Notes: generated by a model not told the origin, from the letters alone. Counted from the first letter of the stretch, positions 9,063-18,364 are shown. The stretch is DNA of 64,000 nt from an uncultured Bacteriovorax sp. (GCA_964432565.1 CAYSOA010000011.1:612-64611), one strand, 5' to 3'. Translations and numbers: made by a program.

Positions 9063-9607
9063 CAGTTCTCTCCCAGGATATTGCCGAAGACCACTTCGGG
9101 AAAGAGGACCTTTACCGGCTCATCGATTCCGGTCTCGCTGTTCTGGCGGAAAAGTGGCGGATCGGTCGGCTCAAGGCCGCGCATGCTGTCCATGACGGCA
9201 ATCAGAATGTCATACGAGGTATTCGCGGAGGGAACGAAAACCACCTTTTTTTCGTCGATGAACTGGCGTTTGACCTCGATCAGGGCCTCATGAATCGCAC
9301 GAGTGTCGGGAAGTCCTTCCTCGGTGTGAGGGATGACCTGGTTCTGGATCCGCTCGAACGGACTCCAGATCTCCGCTTCCTTTTCGCGAATCGATACGGT
9401 CAGCTGGAGAGGCCTTTCTTCGAGCTTTTGTTCGAGCTGCTGCGGATTGATCTCGGGAGTCGGCGTTTCGATGGTCACCAGCGAAAGGAAGCTCATCGAG
9501 AAGAGCAGGAATCCGATGAGCGTGACCAGCGCGTCAAGCATCGGCACCAGATTGAGCTGGACCTCGGACGGGGTCGATCTCCGGCGGGTGCTGGGACGTT
9601 GAAGCAC
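9062..9607 (-). CDS. ExbD/TolR-family biopolymer transport protein (paralog 1)
   Basis: EVQLNLVPMLDALVTLIGFLLF carries the conserved Asp. It lies 6 nt downstream of the MotA/TolQ gene. Confidence 0.85.
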   Translation of the reverse strand: MLQRPSTRRRSTPSEVQLNLVPMLDALVTLIGFLLFSMSFLSLVTIETPTPEINPQQLEQKLEERPLQLTVSIREKEAEIWSPFERIQNQVIPHTEEGLPDTRAIHEALIEVKRQFIDEKKVVFVPSANTSYDILIAVMDSMRGLEPTDPPLFRQNSETGIDEPVKVLFPEVVFGNILGEN

Positions 9608-9613
9608 GACGGG

Positions 9614-10279
9614 TTACTCCGCCTTCTCCGAGGAATGGCGATACTTGCGTGCCGAAAGCAGGTCGAGCAGCTTCACGCCGTACTCATCGATCTCTTCAAC
9701 GATCCTGCCGGCCTTGCTGCTGAGCATGCTGTGCACGACCATGGTGCCGATGGCCGTCACCAGACCAAAGGCGGTGGCGTTCATGGCTTCTGAGATACCG
9801 GCAGCCAGGATGGCCTGACGCTGCGCAGGGTCGGCGAGAGCAACCGCTCCGAAGGATTTGATCAGGCCCGAGATGGTTCCAAGGAGCCCCAGAAGGGTGG
9901 CGACGTTGGCAATCAGGGATAGATACGGAAGGTTGCGTTCGAGCTTGGGGATGACCTCCAGGCTGGCCGCATCCAGGGCGTTCTGAATCTGCTCTTGATC
10001 CCGTGATGCCCGCTGAAGGCCGGCCTTGATGACCCGGGCCAAGGCGGCATTGCCCGAACCGTTGCAAAGACGGATGGCACCGTCGAGGTCATTTCCGAGG
10101 ATGTATTTCTGCACTTCGAACATGAAGGCTGAACCATTGAGGCTGGCCTGTCCGAGACGGAGGAACCGCTCCAGAGTGAGGCCGATACTGAATGCCAGGC
10201 TGGCCGCGATCAGCCACATGGCAAATCCGCCCTGTTGGAATGCTTCGCCGATGAAGTGGATGAAATTTCCCGATTCCAT
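9614..10279 (-). CDS. MotA/TolQ/ExbB proton-channel protein
   Basis: Three TM helices and the family motif region ATLLGLLGTISGLIKSF...GISEAMNATAFGL. Confidence 0.9.
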   Translation of the reverse strand: MESGNFIHFIGEAFQQGGFAMWLIAASLAFSIGLTLERFLRLGQASLNGSAFMFEVQKYILGNDLDGAIRLCNGSGNAALARVIKAGLQRASRDQEQIQNALDAASLEVIPKLERNLPYLSLIANVATLLGLLGTISGLIKSFGAVALADPAQRQAILAAGISEAMNATAFGLVTAIGTMVVHSMLSSKAGRIVEEIDEYGVKLLDLLSARKYRHSSEKAE

Positions 10280-10448
10280 GGGTTCCTCGTTCTTGGTTCT
10301 CGCTAGTTTCTAGCGCGCAACGGAAGCGGTGCGACTCCATGCACCTAACCCTGCGTATTTAAATCAAAGGATAACCGAACTCTTCAGACGGTCAATTTTT
10401 ATTATCGCGCCACGGCAGCGATCCCGATGGCTCGCGCCATCGCAGCAA

Positions 10449-10781
10449 TCAGAGGTGCTTCTCGATGACCTGCGCAATCGCATCCTTCGGCTGGTTGCCC
10501 ACAAGCTGATCCACCAGCTGGCCGTTCTTCAGAAAAATCAGCGTCGGAATGCCGCGAACGTGAAACTTTCCCGGGGTTTCCGGATTTTCGTCCACGTTCA
10601 TCTTGAAGACATTCACCTTGCCGGCGAACTGGTCGGCAAGTGCATCGATCGTGGGCCCGAGCAGGCGGCACGGGCCGCACCATTCCGCCCAGAAGTCGAC
10701 CACGGTCAGTTGAGCCGAGGGCAGCACCTCGTTGGAAAAGTTTCCATCGGTCGCGGTTTTGACGTTCACAGAGTTGGCCAT
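10449..10781 (-). CDS. trxA: thioredoxin
   Basis: WCGPC active site (VVDFWAEWCGPCRLL) in a 110-aa protein. The ATG at 10781 is preceded by AAAGAGGAA. Confidence 0.95.
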   Translation of the reverse strand: MANSVNVKTATDGNFSNEVLPSAQLTVVDFWAEWCGPCRLLGPTIDALADQFAGKVNVFKMNVDENPETPGKFHVRGIPTLIFLKNGQLVDQLVGNQPKDAIAQVIEKHL

Positions 10782-10805
10782 TTTTAGTTCCTCTTTCGAT
10801 TGGAT

Positions 10806-10823
10806 CTCGGGCCGGGGCCCGAG
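10806..10823. promoter_or_regulatory. perfect 18-bp palindrome in the trxA/gmhA divergent intergenic region
   Basis: CTCGGGCC-GG-GGCCCGAG read directly from the sequence. It lies about 25 nt upstream of the trxA start, so it is either a leader hairpin or an operator. Confidence 0.35.
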
Positions 10824-10902
10824 GGTTCGGTCGCGATTCCTTCTCAGATCACCTGAAGATTTCTCTCGCAACTGCCTGCAATTCAAGGATAAGTCTTCAA
10901 GT

Positions 10903-11496
10903 ATGAGTAAACCGCTGGACTATCTCACTCAAACTTCTGCAGAGTCAACGGCCATCCGTGACCAGTTTCTTCGAGATCAGGGGGAGCTGCTGGTCAGGGC
11001 ATCCCAGATGATCGCCGAATGCCTGGAGCGCTCCGGAAAGGTTTTGATTTGTGGAAACGGGGGGTCTGCCGCCGATGCGCAGCACATGGCCGCCGAGATG
11101 GTGGGGAGAATGCTGGTCGAGCGCCGGGCCCTTCCTGCCATTGCCTTGACGACAGACACGTCGAATCTGACGGCTGTTGGCAATGACTATGGGTATGAGT
11201 GGGTGTTCTCGCGTCAGGTCGAAGCTCTTGCCCGTCCCGAGGATCTGTTGATTGCGATCTCGACTTCAGGCAACAGCGCCAACGTTCTGCGTGCCGTCGA
11301 GTCTGCACAGAAGATCGGTTGCCCGGTGATTAGTCTCACGGGAGGCACGGGTGGCCAGCTGGCGTCGCTTTCGACGATCAATCTCAATGCTGCGGGGGGG
11401 CGTAACTCTTCGCGCATTCAGGAGACCCATATCTTCATCGTGCACAGCCTGGTCGACCTGCTCGATCGATTCTTCCTTTCGGGAACCCCTGCATGA
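10903..11496 (+). CDS. gmhA: SIS-domain phosphoheptose isomerase (GmhA/DiaA family)
   Basis: Motifs CGNGGSAADAQHMAAE, AISTSGNSANV and ISLTGGTGG. Confidence 0.85.
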   Translation: MSKPLDYLTQTSAESTAIRDQFLRDQGELLVRASQMIAECLERSGKVLICGNGGSAADAQHMAAEMVGRMLVERRALPAIALTTDTSNLTAVGNDYGYEWVFSRQVEALARPEDLLIAISTSGNSANVLRAVESAQKIGCPVISLTGGTGGQLASLSTINLNAAGGRNSSRIQETHIFIVHSLVDLLDRFFLSGTPA

Positions 11497-12080
11497 ATCG
11501 CGATGCGGGCCGGATTCTCGAATTCGTTCGAAAGCTCTTCACCCTGCTTCATCGAACCATCGAGACGATTCTGGATCGCCTGAAAGATGCCCAGGATAGC
11601 GTGACCGATACGGTTCGCAGCACGCTGCCCGAAGGGGCTCGTGTGAAAGTGGCCGTGATGCAGCGAGTGGCGGCGAAGGCCGTCGACATGGTGCTGACCG
11701 TGCTGATTGCGGCGCTCGTCTGGTACCCGATCGGCCCCTTTCTGGCGATCGCCTACAGCCTGCTTGCCGATGGAATCGATCGTTGGGGGTTTTCGGGACA
11801 GAGCGTCGGCAAGCGGATCGTGGGTTTGCGGGTGGTGCGAGTTCTTGATGGCTCTCCCGCGCGCTGGCGCGAGTCGGCATTGAGGAATCTTCCTGCAGGA
11901 ATTGCGACATTTTTTGCCATCATTCCTCTATGGGGATGGATCATTTTCGTTCTGGTGGGCATTCCGCTGGCCCTGATCGAGGTTTTTCTCATGCTCAAGC
12001 TCGAGCATGAGACCCGTCTCGGAGATGTGATGGCCGACACCCGGGTGATCGAATTGCCGCGTCAGTCGCGCGAAATCTGA
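11493..12080 (+). CDS. RDD-family membrane protein
   Basis: ATGA overlap with gmhA. Contains RVAAKAVDMVL, GQSVGKRIVGLRVV and RLGDVMADTRVI, with three to four TM helices. Confidence 0.7.
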   Translation: MNRDAGRILEFVRKLFTLLHRTIETILDRLKDAQDSVTDTVRSTLPEGARVKVAVMQRVAAKAVDMVLTVLIAALVWYPIGPFLAIAYSLLADGIDRWGFSGQSVGKRIVGLRVVRVLDGSPARWRESALRNLPAGIATFFAIIPLWGWIIFVLVGIPLALIEVFLMLKLEHETRLGDVMADTRVIELPRQSREI

Positions 12081-12099
12081 GTTCGTTCAGGAGGTTTTC

Positions 12100-14892
12100 A
12101 TGGTCACGAAGAGCGGTGCGACTGCGGATCCGAAGCAGACGCTTTACCTTATCGACATCAGTTCGTTCATTTTTCGGGCCTTTTATGCCATCCGGCCGCT
12201 GACCAGTCGCACGGGCGAGCCCACCAACGCCATCTATGGTGTGGCGTCGATGCTTCAAAAGCTGATCGATGATGCCAGACCCGAGTACCTCGTCGTGGCT
12301 TACGATTCGAAGGAGCCGTCCTTTCGCAAGGAGCGCTACGCCGAGTACAAGGCCAATCGATCGGCGCCTCCGGATGATCTGGTTCCACAGTTTGATCGCA
12401 TCGAGGAACTGGTTCGGCTCATGGGCATCCATTCGTTTCGCGTGCCGGGCGTTGAAGCGGATGATTTGATCGGCACGCTCGCCAATCGTTGGTTCGAGTT
12501 GTCTCCGCAGCACGAAGTGGTGATCGTTTCGGGCGACAAAGATCTCATGCAGCTGGTCAATCACCGGGTGAAGATGCTCGATACGCTCAAGAACGTTCTT
12601 TACGACGGGGCTCAGGTCGAGGCGAAGATGGGCGTTCCACCCGGGCAGGTTCGGGACTATCTGGCACTCGTGGGAGACAGCTCGGACAATATTCCGGGAG
12701 TTTCAGGAATTGGTCCGAAGGGGGCAGTGGAGCTGCTCCGACAGTTTGGCTCGCTGGAAGCAGTGCTCGCCGCCGCTTCAGCGGGACAAGTGACTGGGAA
12801 GAAGGGCCAGACGATTGCCGAACAGGCCGAGATCGCCCGGCTCTCGCAGGAGCTGGCGACCGTGCGGACGGACATCGACCTCGCGGTTTCGGAGAAGGAT
12901 TTTGAGTTCCGTTTTTCGCCGGGAGAGTCGTGCCTCGAGTTTCTGAAAAACCTCGACTTTCATGCGCTGGTGGAGAAGTGGAGAATGCGCGGAACGGGCA
13001 GCGCGGATGCGGCTGCCCCTCAACGTTCCGATTCACCCAGCAGTGCAGCCGTTCATCCCGAGGCTTCGGTTCAATCCATATCAACACCCAAGCTGTCCCC
13101 AACCGATTTTCGCACCGTCCTCACCGAAACACAGCTGGGTGAAGTCCTTCGCGAGATTGAGGCCTCCTGCGAATTTGGCTTTGATCTCGAGACGACTTCA
13201 TTGAATCCACGCGAGGCAGAGGTGGTTGGCGTCGCGATCTGCGCGCTCGATTCCCATGCCTGGTACATTCCCGTGGGGCATCGTGGCACTTCACAGCAGC
13301 AGCTTTCCTGCGACCTGGTGTTCGCCCGCCTCAAACCGTATCTCGAAGATCCACGCTACAAGAAGATCGGCCAGAATCTGAAGTACGATATGTCGGTCTG
13401 CCTGCAGCAGGGGATCGCCTTCGATGGGATCGGTGCCGACACGATGGTGGCCGCCTACGTGCTGGACGTCGAGGGTCGACATGACCTGAAGACGCTGGCT
13501 GCGCGTTACCTGGGTTACGAGGTGCTTTCGTACGAGGAAGTCTGCGGAAAAGGGAAGGATCAGATTGGGTTTGATCTGGTGCCGATCGACCTTGCGACGC
13601 GCTATTCGGCCGAGGACGCCTGGATTGCCGTGCAGCTCTGGCGTGAACTGCATCGGCGACTGGAAGCCGAGCGCCTGATGGAGGTCTTTGCTCGTGTGGA
13701 TCTGCCCCTCGTGGCGGTTCTCGCACGGATGGAGGCGGCCGGAGTAGCGATCAACGAACCCTGGTTGGCTCAGCTCTCGAAGGAGTTCGGTGAGGGCTTG
13801 CGTGCGATTGAGGCGAAGATCGCGGCCTTTACGACCGGGCCGATCAATCTCAATTCACCCAAGCAACTGGCCCATCTGCTGTTTGAAGAGCTCAAGCTTC
13901 CGGTGCAATCGAAGACCAAGACGGGCTTTTCGACCGACGCAGCCACACTCGAGGCTCTGGCGCCTCTGCATGAAGTGCCGAGACTCCTTCTGGAGTACCG
14001 CGAGATCGCCAAGCTCAAGGGCACCTATGTCGATCCGCTGCCTCAACTCCGAGACGCCCGCGATGGGCGCATTCATGCCAGTTTCAACCAAGCCGTAACG
14101 GCCACGGGGCGGCTTTCGAGTTCGGATCCGAACCTCCAGAACATTCCGATTCGATCGGATCGCGGCCTCCGGATTCGGGGCGCTTTCGTGCCTGCGCCCG
14201 GAAACGTGCTGGTTGCGGCCGACTATAGCCAGATCGAGCTGCGGCTTCTGGCTCATATGAGTGAAGATGAGGAGCTCGTGCGTTCGTTCCGCGCGGACGA
14301 GGACGTCCACCGCCGCACGGCAGGTGAACTGTTCGGCGTCGCTCCGGAGCAGGTCGACGATCGTCAGCGGAGCATTGCCAAGGCCATCAACTTCGGTCTC
14401 ATGTACGGCAAGACACCGTTCGGCCTCGCTCAGGAACTTCATATTTCGCGAAAAGAAGCTGCCGAGATGATTGAGCGCTATTTTACTCGGTATAGCGGCG
14501 TGAAGCGCTTTCTCGACGGTCAGATCCTGTCGGCAAAGGAGAAAGGCTTCGTGACAACACTGCTGGGCCGCAGGCGAGTGCTGGCCGATATCCATTCAAA
14601 GAATCCTGCGATGCGCGCGAACGCCGAACGCATGGCGATGAATACCCCCATTCAGGGCACGGCTGCCGACCTGATGAAGCTCGCGATGATCGAGCTGGAT
14701 GAGGCTCTGAAGAAGGGTGGTTACCGCTCGAAGTTGATCATTCAGGTGCATGATGAAGTGGTGCTGGAGTGTCCGGAAGACGAAGTTGAAAAAGTCGAGT
14801 CACTCGTCGTGAAGACCATGGAGGGGGCGCTCGAACTCTCGGTTCCACTGAGGGTCAATTCCGCCCATGGCAGAAACTGGATGGAGCTGTAG
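12100..14892 (+). CDS. polA: DNA polymerase I
   Basis: 930 aa. It has a 5'-nuclease N-terminus (LYLIDISSFIFRAFYA), a 3'-5' exo region and polymerase motifs (DYSQIELRLLAH, QVHDEVVLE). An AGGAGG RBS is present. Confidence 0.97.
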   Translation: MVTKSGATADPKQTLYLIDISSFIFRAFYAIRPLTSRTGEPTNAIYGVASMLQKLIDDARPEYLVVAYDSKEPSFRKERYAEYKANRSAPPDDLVPQFDRIEELVRLMGIHSFRVPGVEADDLIGTLANRWFELSPQHEVVIVSGDKDLMQLVNHRVKMLDTLKNVLYDGAQVEAKMGVPPGQVRDYLALVGDSSDNIPGVSGIGPKGAVELLRQFGSLEAVLAAASAGQVTGKKGQTIAEQAEIARLSQELATVRTDIDLAVSEKDFEFRFSPGESCLEFLKNLDFHALVEKWRMRGTGSADAAAPQRSDSPSSAAVHPEASVQSISTPKLSPTDFRTVLTETQLGEVLREIEASCEFGFDLETTSLNPREAEVVGVAICALDSHAWYIPVGHRGTSQQQLSCDLVFARLKPYLEDPRYKKIGQNLKYDMSVCLQQGIAFDGIGADTMVAAYVLDVEGRHDLKTLAARYLGYEVLSYEEVCGKGKDQIGFDLVPIDLATRYSAEDAWIAVQLWRELHRRLEAERLMEVFARVDLPLVAVLARMEAAGVAINEPWLAQLSKEFGEGLRAIEAKIAAFTTGPINLNSPKQLAHLLFEELKLPVQSKTKTGFSTDAATLEALAPLHEVPRLLLEYREIAKLKGTYVDPLPQLRDARDGRIHASFNQAVTATGRLSSSDPNLQNIPIRSDRGLRIRGAFVPAPGNVLVAADYSQIELRLLAHMSEDEELVRSFRADEDVHRRTAGELFGVAPEQVDDRQRSIAKAINFGLMYGKTPFGLAQELHISRKEAAEMIERYFTRYSGVKRFLDGQILSAKEKGFVTTLLGRRRVLADIHSKNPAMRANAERMAMNTPIQGTAADLMKLAMIELDEALKKGGYRSKLIIQVHDEVVLECPEDEVEKVESLVVKTMEGALELSVPLRVNSAHGRNWMEL

Positions 14893-15001
14893 GCAGCGCC
14901 ATGCCACGCTGCCGTGCGCGTGGCGACGCGAGCTCTCGAGCTGCTCGGGTCTCGGATGCCTTCAGGCGCTCCGCAAGTTCATTCGCAAGGCGGAGGCCAG
15001 T

Positions 15002-15910
15002 TTAGAGTCGTGATGCCTTCTGTTGTTCCCGAAAACGACGGGTTCGCACCTCCGGCGCATCCAGGAAGTTCCACTCCGAGGCCAGGCGATCGAGCTCGCG
15101 TGCACGAGCTTCATCAAACGGATGGGTCGGAAAAAGCAACTGCTGACCGATCTCCTTCTCTCCGGACTTCACCAGGCGCTTCGCCGTTGAGAAGGCGCGC
15201 GAAAGAAAACGCGCCAGCGCCCGACCGTCATATCCCGCCCCGGCCAGGATCCGGATGGCCTCTCGATCCGCATCGCGCTCCTGGTCGCGACTGAAGCCGG
15301 ACTTCAGCAGGCTTCCGACCCCCTTGCCGAGATGATTGTCATAGAAGGTCGACAGGTCTTCGGCGTCATCTTCCGGGGCTCCCGTGCTGCTCAGGGCATT
15401 CAGCGGGTCGAGAAGATGCAGGAAGCGAGATCCCGCCTCGATCTTTCGATCCACGCTCTCGCGCTGTCTCATGGCCCGTACGCCGTCATGATGGGCAACA
15501 TGGGCAATCTCATGAGCCAGCACTGCGGCAAGCTCCTCTTCGCTCTGGAGGGCATCCAGCATGCCTTCCGACAGAAAGATCATCCCGCCGGGCGCTGAAA
15601 ACGCCGCCGGATCCTTTCCATGAACCAAGGTGACCCGGTACCCCTTGAAGGTCACGGGGCGCTTCGAAAATCCTGCCAGATATCGGGCCATAGTCGTGGC
15701 GTAGGCGTTAAAACTCGTTTTGATGGGGGCATTCACGACAAGCCGCCGGGCGGCGACCTCAACGCCCAGGGCATGCTCCTGCTCCTCGGTGATTCGTTCG
15801 TTCTCCGGGATCGCAGTGTTCGAATCAGATCGAAGCATCGCGCTCCCGCAGCCGGAAATGAAGAAGAGCATTCCAACCGCGACCCCCCACCGACTCATCT
15901 GATGGATCAT
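15002..15910 (-). CDS. M48-family zinc metalloprotease, probable lipoprotein
   Basis: HEIAHVAHHD (HExxH), a downstream E and THP motif, and a lipobox-like FFISGCGS. ATGA overlap with the upstream SH3-like gene. Confidence 0.85.
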   Translation of the reverse strand: MIHQMSRWGVAVGMLFFISGCGSAMLRSDSNTAIPENERITEEQEHALGVEVAARRLVVNAPIKTSFNAYATTMARYLAGFSKRPVTFKGYRVTLVHGKDPAAFSAPGGMIFLSEGMLDALQSEEELAAVLAHEIAHVAHHDGVRAMRQRESVDRKIEAGSRFLHLLDPLNALSSTGAPEDDAEDLSTFYDNHLGKGVGSLLKSGFSRDQERDADREAIRILAGAGYDGRALARFLSRAFSTAKRLVKSGEKEIGQQLLFPTHPFDEARARELDRLASEWNFLDAPEVRTRRFREQQKASRL

Positions 15911-16416
15911 CGCTGCGTCCTCGCTGAGGCGGGTTGAAATCGCCCTTCACGGACGAACCGCTGGAATGACTCTTCGGGGATCTCGATCTTCTCGAATTCC
16001 TCGACCCTTCGAAGTCCTTCCTGCTTCTCGGAATCCGATACGCTGCCCTGCTCGCCGACGTTGAAGCCCTTGCCGGCGGTGAGAATGCCATTCTTCGATC
16101 CTTCCACCCGAGTTCCCGATCGAACTTCAAACTGGCTGGTTGAAATGAGCGCCGACGCTGGCAGCCAGCCTTCGATCTTGGTCCGACCAGGCACTCGCAC
16201 CCGTGTCCATGCGCCCTCGTGCGCGAGCACCACGAGCTTCGTCTGATAGGAGAGGGCCTTGCCCGGCACGGTGCGCGCTACGAAAGAGGGTTCGGTTCTG
16301 AGTGCGATGGAATACACTTGGACCATCAGCACTTCCGCCGCATCAGTGGCGCCGAGAGAAGGGCTCGAAAGTCCGAGCGCGACACAGGTCAAAAGTAGTC
16401 TCACGCTATTTCTCAT
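15907..16416 (-). CDS. secreted SH3b-like protein
   Basis: Signal peptide MRNSVRLLLTCVALGLSSPSLGA. SH3b-like segment ALRTEPSFVARTVPGKALSYQTKLVVLAHEGAWTRVRV...GWLPASAL. The start overlaps the cyclase stop by 11 nt; the alternative start is 16458. Confidence 0.6.
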   Translation of the reverse strand: MRNSVRLLLTCVALGLSSPSLGATDAAEVLMVQVYSIALRTEPSFVARTVPGKALSYQTKLVVLAHEGAWTRVRVPGRTKIEGWLPASALISTSQFEVRSGTRVEGSKNGILTAGKGFNVGEQGSVSDSEKQEGLRRVEEFEKIEIPEESFQRFVREGRFQPASARTQR

Positions 16417-18364
16417 CGAGCCTCCATGATCCATTCGACCAGTTTTCCAGACTTTCACCTGACGTCAAGCGATCGCATCGATCGGCAAGGACTGCGGCGG
16501 CAGGGAATCCGGAAACACGACGAAAGGCAGCTCCGGCATCGGAAAAACGACCTGAGGCATAGGCTTGAAGCGCCAAGTCGTAGTCCTGCCGCTGTGCATC
16601 GGTCAGCATCTCCGCGGCTCCAAAAATGAGCGTGGGCTCTGTTCGGCCCTTCAGGACCACGCGATCGATGAGAATGAACCGGTACTGAAGTGCCGGCGAC
16701 ACTCTTTCTATAAAGTCGCCGCTGACGAGAAGACTGGACTGATAGAGTTTTCCGAGCGACTCGAGCCTCGAAGCCACATTCACGGCGTCGCCCACTGCCG
16801 TGTAATTGAAACGCTTTCTCGCGCCAACATTGCCGACGATTGCCGTTCCGAAATGGAGTCCGATTCGGACTTGCGGAGAGACCGGGATGCCGGTCAGCGC
16901 GCTCCAGCGCGCGCCCAGGCGCTCCGAAATCCCTGACAGTTCCAGCGCCGCCTGGGCCACCTCGTCCAGGTTCAGTCGAGCCGCCACCGGAGCACCCCAG
17001 AGCGCCATGACGGCATCACCGATAAATTTGTCGATGTAGGCTCCGCGCGGAATCAGCACCTGGACGGCCTCGTCGAGGTAGTCGTTCACCAGTTCGACAA
17101 GCCTTTCGGGCTCAAGCTTTTCAGCGAGGCTGGTAAATCCCGCCAGATCCGCGAATAGGATGCCCAGGGGACGGCTCTCGCCGAATCGACTGACCTGCAT
17201 CCTTCCGCTTCGAATCAGCTCGAGGAGTTCAGGCGACATCGAGTGCTGAAGCATTCGCGAGAAGGCGAGCCTTTCCTTCCAGTCTCCTCGAACCTTGCCC
17301 AGAAAATGCGCGCCGGTCATGGCGAGCATTCCGCCGATCACGGGCAGTGGATTCAGCCAGATCGTCCAGTCCCAGAGCAGGTGAGTGAGAAGCAGGACGG
17401 GAACAAGGCTGAACCCGACGGCGAGCGAGAAAAGGACCGAAGGGCGATTCGGGCGAACTAGGGCGAGCGCTGCTCCCCAGAGCAGCGCCACCAACAGGAG
17501 CGCTCCCGCCAGCCCCGGCAGGGGCAGCGGAAAAATGCCACGCGAATCGAGCAGGACGCCGTTGAGCGCATTGGCCTGGATCCAGCTTCCCACGGAATCC
17601 GGAGACATCGGTGTTGCACGAACGTCCAGAAGACCCGGCGCCTTGTAGCTGACGATCACGGCTCGGCCTTCAATGAGATTCCGGAGCTCGTTGCGAACGC
17701 CCCTGCCCGAGGAGTCATCGCGCTTCGAGATCAGCACATTGTAAAAGGGCACCTCGGGAATCGACCCTGGTCGCGTGTAGTGAAGCCAGCCGGAATTCCG
17801 GAGTGCCCGCGACCCTGCTCCCACGGCTTCGGCCATCATCCGCGAGAGCGTCTGGCCTCGTGGTGGAACGAACCTGAACACCCCATCTGCCGACGGATAA
17901 AGTTCGACATCGCCATAACGAACCACCGGATGCTGAAACTCCTCCAGCGGCATGGGCACCCGCGACTCACCGGGGGTGCCTGGAAAGATGACCGGAATAC
18001 TGCTCCTGGCAATCGCCTCTGCGAAGGCGGCATCGTCTCGCGGGCCGCGGATCGACGGCTCGCTGAACAGAATATCGAAGGCCACGGCCTTCGCACCCAG
18101 GCGGGCTACGGCATCGATGAACTCACCGTAGACGGCGCGATCGAACGGAAACTGCACGCCCTGTTCGCGAAGCATCGCCTCGAGGCTGGCCTGGTCGACG
18201 TTGACCAGAGCGACTTCGCCCACGCGCTTCTCGGGATAGCGTCTTTGCATTCCGTCATACAGGTCCAGGGCAGGCCGCTCTCCGAAAACGTGGACGAGCA
18301 GCAGGACACTGAAACCCAGGATGAGAGAGCTCACCCTCCTGAATGACTCGGAAACTGACAGCAT
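16406..18364 (-). CDS. CHASE2 sensor domain - class III adenylate/guanylate cyclase
   Basis: An N-terminal TM is followed by a large periplasmic region, then several TM helices (LAGALLLVALLWGAALAL..., LLLTHLLWDW...). The cyclase catalytic core is GILFADLAGFTSLAEK...FIGDAVMALWGAP...GLHFGTAIVGNVG...YTAVGDAVNVASRLE. The first ATG is 18364; the track TTG start is 18427. Confidence 0.9.
   Translation of the reverse strand: MLSVSESFRRVSSLILGFSVLLLVHVFGERPALDLYDGMQRRYPEKRVGEVALVNVDQASLEAMLREQGVQFPFDRAVYGEFIDAVARLGAKAVAFDILFSEPSIRGPRDDAAFAEAIARSSIPVIFPGTPGESRVPMPLEEFQHPVVRYGDVELYPSADGVFRFVPPRGQTLSRMMAEAVGAGSRALRNSGWLHYTRPGSIPEVPFYNVLISKRDDSSGRGVRNELRNLIEGRAVIVSYKAPGLLDVRATPMSPDSVGSWIQANALNGVLLDSRGIFPLPLPGLAGALLLVALLWGAALALVRPNRPSVLFSLAVGFSLVPVLLLTHLLWDWTIWLNPLPVIGGMLAMTGAHFLGKVRGDWKERLAFSRMLQHSMSPELLELIRSGRMQVSRFGESRPLGILFADLAGFTSLAEKLEPERLVELVNDYLDEAVQVLIPRGAYIDKFIGDAVMALWGAPVAARLNLDEVAQAALELSGISERLGARWSALTGIPVSPQVRIGLHFGTAIVGNVGARKRFNYTAVGDAVNVASRLESLGKLYQSSLLVSGDFIERVSPALQYRFILIDRVVLKGRTEPTLIFGAAEMLTDAQRQDYDLALQAYASGRFSDAGAAFRRVSGFPAAAVLADRCDRLTSGESLENWSNGSWRLDEK

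Noticed and set aside
14892-14913. The hairpin GGCAGCG-N8-CGCTGCC immediately after the polA stop, considered as an intrinsic terminator.
   Set aside because: There is no U-tract on either strand after the stem, and the stem is only 7 bp. It cannot be called a terminator from sequence alone.
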